A stretch of 58,018 nt of DNA, from the NCBI GenBank assembly GCA_031431875.1, contig JANPEF010000055.1:1-58018 (forward strand), in the 5' to 3' direction. The stretch comes from Candidatus Eiseniibacteriota bacterium (GTDB lineage Bacteria; Eisenbacteria; RBG-16-71-46; DASYSL01). The position numbers and the translations under genes were made by a program. A model generated the notes under the pieces. That model made no database searches, was not told where the DNA came from, and saw only the letters and a list, made by a program, of their open reading frames with translations. Shown in pieces: positions 8,052 through 18,046 of this stretch (position 1 is its first letter; every line of letters starts with the position of its first letter).

Positions 8052-10825
8052 GTGTCCCTCGCTCCCGGTCGCGACCTGTCGCACTACCGCCTCGTCGAGC
8101 AGATCGGCGAGGGCGGGATGGGCGTCGTCTGGCGCGCCACCGATACGACCCTCGGCCGCGACGTCGCGATCAAGGTGCTGCCCGAGGCGTTCGCGCACGA
8201 CCCCGAGCGCATGGCGCGCTTCGAGCGCGAGGCATGAGTGCTCGCCTCGCTCAACCACCCCCACATCGCGTCCATCTATGGTGTGGGCTCAGCGGACGGC
8301 GTGCGCTTCCTGGCCATGGAGCTGGTCGAGGGCGAGGACCTCGCGGTCCGCATCGCGCAAGGGCCGGTGCCGGTGGTCGAGGCGCTGGAGACGGCGCGAC
8401 AGATCGCCGAGGCGCTGGAGGCGGCGCACGAAAAGGGTGTCATCCACCGGGATCTCAAGCCCGCGAACGTGAGGGTGACGCCCGACGGCCAGGTCAAGGT
8501 GCTGGACTTTGGGCTGGCCAAGGCCCTCGAGGGCGAGGCGTCCGGCGCCGCGGGCTCTTCGCCAATGTCGCACTCGCCGACCATCACCAGCCCGATGACC
8601 GCGGCTAACGTGATCCTCGGCACCGCCGCCTACATGAGCCCCGAGCAGGCTCGCGGCAAGAGCGTGGACCGGCGCGCCGACATCTGGGCGTTCGGGTGCG
8701 TACTGTTCGAGTGCCTCACCGGGCACCGCACCTTCGCGGGCGAGACGGTGTCGGACACGCTGGCCAAGATCCTGGAGCGCGACCCGGATCTCAAGGCGTT
8801 GCCTGGATCGACCCCGCCGCGGGTGCGCGAGCTGCTTCAGCGCTGCCTCGACAAGGACCCGAAGCACCGCCTGCGCGACATCGGCGACGCGCGCATCGTG
8901 CTCGAGGAGGTGCTGGCCGCGCGCTCGCCCTCGGGACGGCTGCTGGTCACGGAGGTGGCGGTCGAAGGCACGGCGCGGCGGCGCGTCTCGCTGCTCGCGC
9001 CCGCCATCGCCTGCGTGGTCGGCCTGGGCGTCGGCGCTGGGCTGTGGAGCGTGTTCGGACCGCGCGGCAGCGGCGGCGCTGGCACGGAGCCGACCTGCGT
9101 CTCCGTGGCGATGCCGCCGAACGTCACCGTCCAGGGCGTGGCGCTCACGCCTGACGGGCGCACGTTGGTCGTCATCGGGCGCCCGAAGAACCCGGAAGGG
9201 TCGGAGCCGGAGCTGGCCCGCGTGTACACGCGACGCATGGACCGCTACGAGTTCAAGGAGCTTCCGGGGACTGAAGGCGTGCTTGGCTTGATGCTGTCCC
9301 GCGACAGCCGCGAGTTGAGATTCCTCGCCCCGGTCTCGCCCGGAGCGGCCCAGAAGCGGATGGCCCGCATGCCCATCGACGGCAGCGCGCCCGCGACCAC
9401 CTGGGTGGATTGGAAGGATTCCTGGGAAGATGCCGCGGAGCTGGAGAACGGCGATCTGCTGATCCGGGAGGGCGAGGCGTCCTTCCTCCGACTTCCGAAA
9501 GCCGGCGGCGGGGCGTCGGCCCCGGTCAAGAGCGACGCGGGCCGGCCGGGGGTGAGCTACTACGAGTTTACCGGAGCGACGTTGCCCGGCGACCGACGTG
9601 TGTTCGTCAACGTGGTTTCCTACGACGCCCGCGGCTGGAACCACAGTGTTGGCGTGATGGACGTGAAGACCGGCAAGGTCAAGGTCATCGAGGAGGACGG
9701 TGGCCGCGCCCGCTACTCCCCGACCGGACACCTTCTCTTCTCCCGCGGTGGCACCGTGCTCGCGGCGCGCTTCGATCCCGGACGCCTGGAAGTGCACGGG
9801 GCGCCGGTCGCCGTCTGGAGTGGGATCAGCACGCCCTTCACGGTCTCGCCGGGGGCATTCGATCTCACCGGCGAAGGCGCCTTGTTCTACCGGCCCGGCC
9901 AGTGGGGGGCGATCGTGCGCTGGCGTTCCTCGACGCCGCCGGCAGGCTCGAGCCCTGGTCATCGGAGCGGCGGGCGGTGACCAGTTCCCCGGTGCCATCG
10001 CCCGACGGGCACCGCTTCGCGTGCCAGATCATCAACGCGCGCGGAATCGACGAGATCTGGGTGTCGGACGTGGCCCGCCCAGGGTTCCGGAGGCTCGGGG
10101 CCGATCCCAACGCCGACTCCTATGGACCGCTCTGGTCGCCGGATGGCAAGCGCATCGCCTACACCCGGCACGGGAAGGACGGCCGGGACGGGATCTACGT
10201 CCAGGACGCGGACGGGGGCGAGGCGAAACGGATCTTGAAGCCCGAGGCGGAGGACGTCGTCTACTTCTCGGGCTCTTGGCTGCCCGACGGTTCCGCGCTG
10301 CTGTTGACGCGTACGGAGCCCGGTCACGCCAGCTTGGCGATGTTGCCGCTCACGGGTGTCGAGACGGACTCGAGCCGGGTGCGGCCGCTGCTGCCGAGCA
10401 CGGCCAACCAGTTCAGTCCCACGCTCTCACGCGACGGGCGCCTGCTCGCCTTCGGAAGCGACGAGTCCGGAAAGGGAGTGACCTACGTCGCCGAGTTCCA
10501 TCCCGACGGAACCACGGGGAGGCCGGTCGAGGTCAAGACCTCGGGGGCCGACTACCGGTGGTCCGCGGACGGCAAGACGCTGTTCGTCGTCGACGACCGC
10601 CGCCGGCTCATGAAGGTCGCGGTCATCACCGCGCCCGAACTCTCGCTCTCGGCGCCGACCGAGGTCCATGACTTCGAGAAGCTCAAGATCGCGATGTGGA
10701 CGGTGTTTCCCGACGGCCGCTTCTTCGTCGGCTTGAAGAACGAGAACGAGGACGACATCACCCGCTACGACCTCGTACTGAACTGGACCGCGGAGCTGAA
10801 GCGGAAGATGCGCGCCGCGCGCTAG
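8052..10825 (+). pseudogene. Hanks-type Ser/Thr kinase with TM segment and TolB/PD40 beta-propeller, disrupted
   Basis: IGEGGMGVV, VAIK, HRDLKPAN, DFG, GTAAYMSPE and WSPDG repeats. In-frame TGA at 8235-8237 and a frameshift at the G6 tract 9904-9909. Confidence 0.88.
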
Positions 10826-11053
10826 AAACCACCCACCTTCTGCGACGCACCTCGATCCCGACCGGGCCGCCGCCTCGTCGGCCAGCGGGGGGATGAGCTC
10901 TGCCGCGCCCTCGACTGATTCCTCCGACGCGAGGGGACCGTCAAGAGCTCCCGCGAACCAGCCGGTCAGCTGTGAAGAGGTCCCCCGGCGTCCCCCTCGT
11001 GGCCACCGCGCACTGTGACTGCGACCGTCATCCCCAACAATAGGGCGGGCCCG

Positions 11054-11410
11054 ATGAAGGCGTTTCGTTCCGTCTTGTCCATCGTCGGCCTGCTGGCCGC
11101 CCTGCCCGCCTCCGCAGCACCCAAGCACATCATCATCAGCGACAGCCTGCTCGCCCATGCCGACCGGTGGGACGTAAAGCGTGGCGACCGCTGGATGGGG
11201 ATGAACAAATGGCGTTTTGGTGACTATGCCGTCGTGGCCAGCAAGGTGGGATGGACGACCTCGGGCACGCACACGAACCTCTTCAAGACCAGGACGGAAA
11301 GCAGCTCCGGCAACAAGTTCTCATTCGTACGGAGCAACATGACGACGGATTCCGCATTCGTGAGCGCCGAGCATCAACTCATGGCACGATCGAACCCGGG
11401 ATTGAATCGG
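11054..11410 (+). pseudogene. Truncated secreted protein
   Basis: Signal peptide MKAFRSVLSIVGLLAALPASA and lower-GC coding sequence to about 11410. It then has no stop of its own, and the frame reads on antisense through fbp. Confidence 0.55.
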
Positions 11411-11454
11411 AGATCCGTTGGCGGACGCGGGGTTCGGCTCGCAGGCTCGATCCC

Positions 11455-11479
11455 AGCCGCTGTGGGCGAAATCAGTTTT
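11455..11479. repeat. Right copy of 25-bp imperfect direct repeat
   Basis: AGCCGCTGTGGGCGAAATCAGTTTT, 22/25 identical to 6765-6789. Confidence 0.7.
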
Positions 11480-11530
11480 TCAGTGAGTGCCGACGCTCGA
11501 TGCCCGCAATCTTCCTCGCGCGCTGCCAAT

Positions 11531-12547
11531 TCATCCGCCGCCCGCCTTTATGGCAAGCTCCCGCTCCACCGCCCCGACCTGGTCCGGGCTGCCGATGAAC
11601 AGCGGCGTGCGCTCGTGCAGGCGCTGCGGCACCTTGTCGAGGATGCGCCTCGTGCCGTCGGTGGCGCGGCCGCCGGCGCGCTCGACCACGTACGCCAGCG
11701 GTGCGGCCTCGTAGAGCAGGCGCAGTTTGCCGTGCGGCTTTTTCACCTCGCCCGGGTACAGGTAGAGCCCGCCCTTGAGCAGGGTGCGGTGCACGTCGGC
11801 GACCAGGGAGCCGACGTAGCGCGCGGTGTTCGGCGCCTCGGGGCCTGCACCAGCGCGCAGCCCGGCCACGAGCGATTGCACCGGCGGCGTCCACCTGGGC
11901 GAGTTCGCCTCATTCACGCTATAGACGCTGCCGCCCGAGGGGATCTTGATGTCGGGGTGGGTGAGGAAGAACGCGCCGATCGAGCGCTCGAGCGTGAACG
12001 CGTCGACCGAGATGTCGTCGGCGTAGACGAACATGGTCGACGGCCCGTAGACGACGTAGCCCGCGGCGATGATGTCCGTGCCGGGGCGGTGGAACTGTGC
12101 GGGGTCGTCGGGGGCGACTCCGGGCAGGGTGCGCAGGAGCGAGAAGATCGAGCCGATCGTGACGTCGACGTCGATGTTCGACGAACCGTCGACGGGGTCG
12201 AAGCACATGACGTAGGGCCCGTCGGGCGCGTCGGTGAAGACGTACGGGTCTTCCATCTCCTCGGAGGCGACCGCGGCGACGAGCCCGGTGTTCGCCAGCG
12301 CGTCGAGGAACACCTGGTTGCCGATCTGGTCGAGCTTCTGCACGTCCTCGCCCTGCACGTTGGTCGCGCCGGCGGCGCCCAGCACGCCGGCGAGCCCGGC
12401 GCGGTTCACCTCGCGGGCGATGATGCGCGCGGCCAGGTCGAGCCGGGCGAACAGGCGCGAGAACCGCCCGGTGGCGCTGCCCTTCATCGCCTGGCGGCGG
12501 AACAGGTGCCCCGACAGGGTGAGTGGATAGCGCGAGGGCGTCGTCAC
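11531..12547 (-). CDS. fbp: Fructose-1,6-bisphosphatase class 1
   Basis: NVQGEDVQKLD, SEE, FDPVDGSSN, RYVGSLVADVHRTL, GKLRLLYE. Confidence 0.96.
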   Translation of the reverse strand: MTTPSRYPLTLSGHLFRRQAMKGSATGRFSRLFARLDLAARIIAREVNRAGLAGVLGAAGATNVQGEDVQKLDQIGNQVFLDALANTGLVAAVASEEMEDPYVFTDAPDGPYVMCFDPVDGSSNIDVDVTIGSIFSLLRTLPGVAPDDPAQFHRPGTDIIAAGYVVYGPSTMFVYADDISVDAFTLERSIGAFFLTHPDIKIPSGGSVYSVNEANSPRWTPPVQSLVAGLRAGAGPEAPNTARYVGSLVADVHRTLLKGGLYLYPGEVKKPHGKLRLLYEAAPLAYVVERAGGRATDGTRRILDKVPQRLHERTPLFIGSPDQVGAVERELAIKAGGG

Positions 12548-12551
12548 CGGC

Positions 12552-13448
12552 TCAGGCCTTCGTCACCGCGTGGCCGCCGAACTCGTTGCGCAGCGCGGCC
12601 AGCACCTTGCCCGAGAACGTGTCCTCCTGGCGTGAGCGGAAGCGCACTTGTAGCGCTGCGGCGAGCACCGGCATGGGCACGGCGCGGTCGATCGACTCGA
12701 TGAGCGTCCAGCGGCCCTCGCCCGAGTCGGCGACGACGCCCTTGAGCCCGGTGAGGTCGCCATCCTTCGCGAAGGCGCGCCCGGCCAGCTCCAACAGCCA
12801 TGAGCGCACGACGCTGCCGCGCATCCAGAGTTGCGACAACTCGGCGAGGTCGTAGTCGTAGTCGCTGGCGTGCAGCAGCTCGAAGCCTTCGGCGTAGGCC
12901 TGCATCATTCCGTACTCGATCGCGTTGTGGACCATCTTCGCGTAATGGCCGGCGCCCGCGGGACCCAGGTGGCGGACGCCGTCGGGCGGCGCGAGCGTGT
13001 CCATCGCGGGGCGCGCCTGGGCGAACGCCTCGGCCGGGCCGCCGACCATGAGGCAGTAACCCTCGGTCAGTCCCCACACTCCACCCGAGGTCCCGCAGTC
13101 GAGGAAACGCAGGCCCTTGCCCGCGAGCATCGTCGCGCGATCGATCGAGTCCTTGAAGAACGAGTTGCCGCCGTCGACCAGCACGTCGCCTGGCGCGCAC
13201 AGCGCGGCGAGATCGGCGAGCACCTGCGTGGTCGCCTCGCCCGCGGGCACCATGACCCAGATCGTGCGCGGAGCCGGCAGTGCGGCGACGAGGGCCGCGA
13301 GACTTGCGGCGGCAGAGCCGCCGGCCTTTTCCAGTGCCGCACCGGCTTGCGGACTCGGCGCATAGCCGATCACCCCGTGCCCGCCGCGCAGCAGGCGCAC
13401 GGCCATGTTGCCGCCCATCTTGCCCAGACCGACCATGCCGACGTGCAT
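12552..13448 (-). CDS. gnd: 6-phosphogluconate dehydrogenase, decarboxylating (short form)
   Basis: GLGKMG, DGGNS, DCGTSGG, KMVHNAIEYG, DSGEGRWT, LRNEFGGH. Confidence 0.95.
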   Translation of the reverse strand: MHVGMVGLGKMGGNMAVRLLRGGHGVIGYAPSPQAGAALEKAGGSAAASLAALVAALPAPRTIWVMVPAGEATTQVLADLAALCAPGDVLVDGGNSFFKDSIDRATMLAGKGLRFLDCGTSGGVWGLTEGYCLMVGGPAEAFAQARPAMDTLAPPDGVRHLGPAGAGHYAKMVHNAIEYGMMQAYAEGFELLHASDYDYDLAELSQLWMRGSVVRSWLLELAGRAFAKDGDLTGLKGVVADSGEGRWTLIESIDRAVPMPVLAAALQVRFRSRQEDTFSGKVLAALRNEFGGHAVTKA

Positions 13449-13614
13449 CGTGGAACTCCACCGGGTGGGAGGGAACTCGGGGCGCACGGCGACGCGAAAC
13501 GGCGCGTGCGGTGCGCGGAAGCACGCCGGACGATAGCACAAGAGCCGGCCCGACGGTCCCCGGCTCGGGTATGCTGCGGGCCGCTCCCGATCCGCTCCCC
13601 GGAGGTTTCCCGCA

Positions 13615-14619
13615 ATGATGCGTTTCCTCGGCTCCACCGGCCTCAAGGTCTCGCCCCTGTGCCTGGGCACGATGACGTTCGGCACGCAGTGGGGGCACAT
13701 CAACGTGTCCGACCAGACGACCGTCGACGCGGTGGTCGCGATGGCGATCGATCACGGCGTGAACTTCTTCGATACCGCGAACGTCTACTCCGGCGGCGAG
13801 AGCGAGGAGCAATTGGGCCGCGCGCTCAAGGGTCGACCTCGCGATTCCGTGATCGTCGCCACCAAGGTGCGCGGCCGCATGGGCCCCGGGCCGAACGACG
13901 TGGGCCTGTCGCGCCACCACATCCTGCAGCAGGTCGATGCGAGCCTGCGCCGCCTCGGCACGGACTACATCGACCTGTACCAGTCGCACGCGTGGGACGC
14001 GGCCACGCCCGTCGAGGAGACTCTGGCGGCGTTCGACACCGCGGTGCAGGCGGGCAAGGTCCGCTACCTCGGCGCCTCGAACCATGCCGGCTGGCAACTG
14101 ATGAAGGCGCTCGCCACGAGCGATGCGCGCGACGTCGCTCGCTACGTCACGCTGCAGGCGCTGTACAACCCGCTGCAGCGCGACCTCGAGCGCGAGCTCG
14201 TGCCGCTGTGCCTCGACCAGGGCCTCGGGATCCTGCCGTGGAGTCCGCTCGCGGGTGGGTTCCTCACCGGGCGCTATCGCCGCGGCATGCCGCGCCCCGC
14301 GGCCGCACGGCGCACGGATCCGGACAAGGCCTACCTCAAGTTCGACGAGGAGACGGGCTTCGACGTGGTCGACGCGCTCGACGCAGTGGCGAAAGCGCAC
14401 GGCGGGACCGTGATCCAGGCCGTGCACAACTGGCTGCTGGCGAAGCCGGGCGTGACCTCGGTGATCGTCGGCGCGCGCGACACGACGCAGCTCGAGGAGA
14501 ATCTCGGGGCGCTGGCGTGGTCGATGACGCCCGCCGAGGTCGCCACGATCGACGCGATCGCGCCACCCGCGCCGGCGTACCCGTACTGGATGCTCGAACA
14601 GTTCCACTCCAATCGCTGA
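13615..14619 (+). CDS. Aldo/keto reductase
   Basis: LCLGTMTFG, FDTANVY, ATK, DYIDLYQ.H, WSPLAGG. Confidence 0.94.
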   Translation: MMRFLGSTGLKVSPLCLGTMTFGTQWGHINVSDQTTVDAVVAMAIDHGVNFFDTANVYSGGESEEQLGRALKGRPRDSVIVATKVRGRMGPGPNDVGLSRHHILQQVDASLRRLGTDYIDLYQSHAWDAATPVEETLAAFDTAVQAGKVRYLGASNHAGWQLMKALATSDARDVARYVTLQALYNPLQRDLERELVPLCLDQGLGILPWSPLAGGFLTGRYRRGMPRPAAARRTDPDKAYLKFDEETGFDVVDALDAVAKAHGGTVIQAVHNWLLAKPGVTSVIVGARDTTQLEENLGALAWSMTPAEVATIDAIAPPAPAYPYWMLEQFHSNR

Positions 14620-14638
14620 CCGCCGGAGCGCCGCCCGC

Positions 14639-15478
14639 ATGTTCGTCGACGAAACCCTCGCCCGCCGGCTCGAGATGCTCGATGCCACGTTCGCCGCGCT
14701 CATCGCCACGCAGTTCGCGGCCGACGACGCCGCGGCCGGGCGCGCTTCCGTCGCGGGGTCGCTCACCGTGGCCGGCGCCGTCGCGGCGTGGGTTGCGCCG
14801 CACTCGGTGCTGTCGAAGGTGCACGGGCTCGGCCTCCTCGCGGCACCCGAGGATGCCGACCTCGACGTGATCGAGGCGTTCTTCCGCGAGCGCGGCGATC
14901 GCTCGGTGAAGATCGAGCTGTCGCCGTTCGCCGGTCCCACGCTCGCGGCGCGGCTTGAGGAGCGCGGCTACCGCACGAGCGGCGTCGAGCAGGTTCTCGT
15001 GCGCCGGCTCGGCCCGGCCGATCGGGATGCTCCCGCCGCGCTCGCCCCGGGTTTGACCGTCGAGGCGGTCGATCCAGCCGACGCGGAGACGCGCACGGCC
15101 TGGGCGGACGTCTCGGGGCAGGGCTTCTTCGCGCCGTCGGTGCCGCCGCCCGACCTGGTCCGCTACTCCGACCTGTGCTTCGACGTGGCCGACACGACCG
15201 CGTGGCTCGCCCGCGTCGACGGACTGCCGGCGGCGACCGGGGCGCATTCGCTGGGCGACGGCGTGTGCGCGCTGTTCGGCGGGGCGACGCTGCCCGCAGC
15301 GCGCCGGCGCGGTGCGCACAGCGCGCTGATCGCGGCTCGCCTCGCCGCAGGAGCGCGTGCCGGCGCCACGGTCGCGACGGTCGGGGCCGCCCCCGGTGGC
15401 GCCTCGCACCGGAACCTCGAGGCGGCCGGGTTCACGGTCGCCTACACCCGCCCGCAGCTCGTGCGGGCGTGGGCCTGA
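14639..15478 (+). CDS. GNAT family N-acetyltransferase
   Basis: C-terminal ATLPAARRRGAHSALI and ASHRNLEAAGF. Confidence 0.8.
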   Translation: MFVDETLARRLEMLDATFAALIATQFAADDAAAGRASVAGSLTVAGAVAAWVAPHSVLSKVHGLGLLAAPEDADLDVIEAFFRERGDRSVKIELSPFAGPTLAARLEERGYRTSGVEQVLVRRLGPADRDAPAALAPGLTVEAVDPADAETRTAWADVSGQGFFAPSVPPPDLVRYSDLCFDVADTTAWLARVDGLPAATGAHSLGDGVCALFGGATLPAARRRGAHSALIAARLAAGARAGATVATVGAAPGGASHRNLEAAGFTVAYTRPQLVRAWA

Positions 15479-15555
15479 CCCCGGAATGACTGCGGAGTGA
15501 CTCGGGCGGCGGCCTGTGCTTTGATGGGTGAGACGATTCCCCGGTCGGAGACCCC

Positions 15556-18027
15556 ATGAGCCCCGACACACCCGAGACGCCCGAGCCCATCGATCCCGCG
15601 GCGCCCGACGCGACGCCGCGTCGCGGTCGCGGCCGTCCGCGTCGGGACCCCGCCACGCCCCTGCGCGACCCCGGCGTGATCGGCGGGCGCGAGGCGGAAA
15701 CGTTCTCGCGGGCCATCCTCAACTCCCTGTCCGCCCACATCGCCGTGATCGAGCGGGACGGCCGCATCATTGCCGTGAACAAGGCGTGGGATCGTTTCCT
15801 GCAGGAGGTCGAGGCCGACCTGCCGAAGGCGCCCCGCCTGGGCGATAATTATCTCGATGCCCTGCATGACGGATTCTCGTTCCCGGGTCCGGCGGCTGCC
15901 GAGGCGTTGGCTGGCATCCAGGACGTCATCGACCGCCGCCGGGCCCGCTTCGAACACGAGTACTTGCTGGTCGTGGCCGGGGAGACCCGATGGTTCGAAC
16001 TCTCCGCCACCCCGCTGCTCGGGGCGGCCGGCGGGGCCGTGGTCGCCCACAGTGAGATCACCGCCCTGCGGGTCGCCGAGGCGAGCGAAGCGGAGAAACA
16101 CCGCCTGCTCGAGGCTGTGCTCGAGAGCAGCGCCGACGGAATCGTCGTCGCGGATGCCACAGGAGCCTTCACGCTCTTCAACCGGGCGGCGCGCGAGATC
16201 GCCGGCGTCGGCGTCGTCGACAGCGATCCGGCGAGCTGGACCGAGCGATATGGAATCTTCAAGCCGGATCGCGTCACGCCGTTCACCCTCGAGGAACTGC
16301 CGCTGTTTCGGGCCATGCTCGGCGAATCGTCCGATCGCGTCCTCATGTACCTGCGGAACGAGGTGATTCCCGACGGCCGCTTCCTCCGCATTTCGGGCCG
16401 GCCGTGGGTCCTCGCCGAAGGGGAGCGCCGGGGCGGCGTCGTCGTGTTCAGCGACATCACCGCCGATGTCCTCGCCGCCGAGGACTCCCGCCTGCAGATC
16501 CAGGTGCTCGACGCGGTGCCGCTGGCCATCCTCGCACTCGATGCCGAAGGCATGATCGTCTACTGGAACCAGGCCGCGGAGCGCCTCATGGGCTGGAGCG
16601 CCGCCGAACTGGTGGGCCGGCGCAGCCGCGACGTGCTGCTCGACGAGGCCGACCGCGAGCAGGTCGACGGCATCCGCGCCTACCTGCTCGCCGGGAAGCC
16701 GTTTCGTGGCGAGTTCCGCGTCCGCCGGCCCGATGGCTCGCACGCGCGCATCCTCGCCTCGGCCTCGGCCCGCCACAACACCGACGGGGTGCTCGACGGC
16801 TTCGTCGTCGTCGGCTACGACGTGAGCGAGTCGGTGCGGGCGCAGGACGCGATGGGGGACCGCCAGAGCGAGGTCCAGCAGTTCCAGAAGATGGAGGCGA
16901 TTGGCCGGCTGGCCGGCGGGCTCGCGCACGACTTCAACAACCTCATCACCGTGATCCGCGGCAACGCCGACCTCCTGCTGGCCCGCATCCCGGCGGGCGA
17001 TCCGCTGCGCCGCGACGTCGAGCAGGTCACCCGCGCCGTCGATCGCGCGAGCCAACTCACGGCCCAGCTCCTGGCATTCGGCAAGCAGCGGCCCATGGAG
17101 CCGGTCCTGCTGTCACTCAACGGCGTGGTGTCCGACTTCATGCCGCTGATCCGCCGCACGCTCGACGAGGACGTGCGCATTCACGTCGCGCTCGATCCCG
17201 ACACCGGCCGCATGCGCGCCGATGCGTCGCAACTGGGCCAGGTGCTGCTCAACCTGGTGATCAACGCGCGCGACGCGATGCCCGAGGGCGGCAACCTGTC
17301 GATCACCACACGCAACACCGAGATCGACACGACTTTCCCCGGGTCGCCCGGGCCGCTGGCACCGGGTCCATACGTGCAACTCTCGGTCGCCGACACGGGC
17401 ATCGGCATGGACGAGCGAGTCCGGGCGCGCGTGTTCGAGCCGTTCTTCAGCACGAAGGCGCCGGGGCGCGGCACCGGGCTCGGCCTGTCGACGGCGTACG
17501 GCATCGTGCGCCAGCTCGGCGGGCATATCTGGGTCTACAGCGAGCCCGGTCGTGGCACCACGTTCAAGATCTACCTGCCGCGCGAGTTCGAGACCGCCTC
17601 GCCGCCGGTCGCCCCGCCGCCGGTCGCGACCCCGCCGCCGGCGGCCGCGGCCACGATCCTGCTCGTCGAGGACGATGACGCGGTGCGGTCGATCGAATGC
17701 CGCCTGCTCGAGATCGCCGGCCACGTCGTGCTCGAGGCGCCGCACGGCGAGGCGGCTGTCGCCATCCTCCGCGACCATCCCGGGCGCATCGACCTGGTGA
17801 TCACGGATGTCCTCATGCCCGGGATGACCGGCCGCGAGGTCGTCGAGGCGACGCGCCGCATGCGGCCCAACACCGCCGTGCTCTACGTCTCGGGGCACTC
17901 GGGCGACGTGCTCGCCCGGGTGGGCGGCGAGGCCGACGCCCCGTTCCTGCAGAAGCCGTTCTCCGCAAACGAGTTGCACGCTGCCGTTCGCAGCGCACTC
18001 GAAGCCATGGGCGAGTCCCGTTCCTGA
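15556..18027 (+). CDS. Hybrid multi-PAS sensor histidine kinase with receiver domain
   Basis: Three PAS-like domains, H-box AHDFNNL, NLVINARDAM, DTGIGM, GTGLGL, receiver LVEDD..TDVLMP..QKPF. No TM segment. Confidence 0.95.
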   Translation: MSPDTPETPEPIDPAAPDATPRRGRGRPRRDPATPLRDPGVIGGREAETFSRAILNSLSAHIAVIERDGRIIAVNKAWDRFLQEVEADLPKAPRLGDNYLDALHDGFSFPGPAAAEALAGIQDVIDRRRARFEHEYLLVVAGETRWFELSATPLLGAAGGAVVAHSEITALRVAEASEAEKHRLLEAVLESSADGIVVADATGAFTLFNRAAREIAGVGVVDSDPASWTERYGIFKPDRVTPFTLEELPLFRAMLGESSDRVLMYLRNEVIPDGRFLRISGRPWVLAEGERRGGVVVFSDITADVLAAEDSRLQIQVLDAVPLAILALDAEGMIVYWNQAAERLMGWSAAELVGRRSRDVLLDEADREQVDGIRAYLLAGKPFRGEFRVRRPDGSHARILASASARHNTDGVLDGFVVVGYDVSESVRAQDAMGDRQSEVQQFQKMEAIGRLAGGLAHDFNNLITVIRGNADLLLARIPAGDPLRRDVEQVTRAVDRASQLTAQLLAFGKQRPMEPVLLSLNGVVSDFMPLIRRTLDEDVRIHVALDPDTGRMRADASQLGQVLLNLVINARDAMPEGGNLSITTRNTEIDTTFPGSPGPLAPGPYVQLSVADTGIGMDERVRARVFEPFFSTKAPGRGTGLGLSTAYGIVRQLGGHIWVYSEPGRGTTFKIYLPREFETASPPVAPPPVATPPPAAAATILLVEDDDAVRSIECRLLEIAGHVVLEAPHGEAAVAILRDHPGRIDLVITDVLMPGMTGREVVEATRRMRPNTAVLYVSGHSGDVLARVGGEADAPFLQKPFSANELHAAVRSALEAMGESRS

Positions 18028-18046
18028 TCGATTCACCGGAGGAGCC

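Noticed and set aside
8235..8237. In-frame TGA as selenocysteine or recoded stop
   Set aside because: The position is Arg/Lys in kinases, TGA is a normal stop throughout the window, and the gene has a second lesion.
10826..11053. Possible degenerate attC or gene remnant
   Set aside because: No paired R''/R' boxes could be built and there is no integron integrase.
11015..12703. 562-aa ORF
   Set aside because: Beyond about 11410 it is the antisense shadow of fbp.
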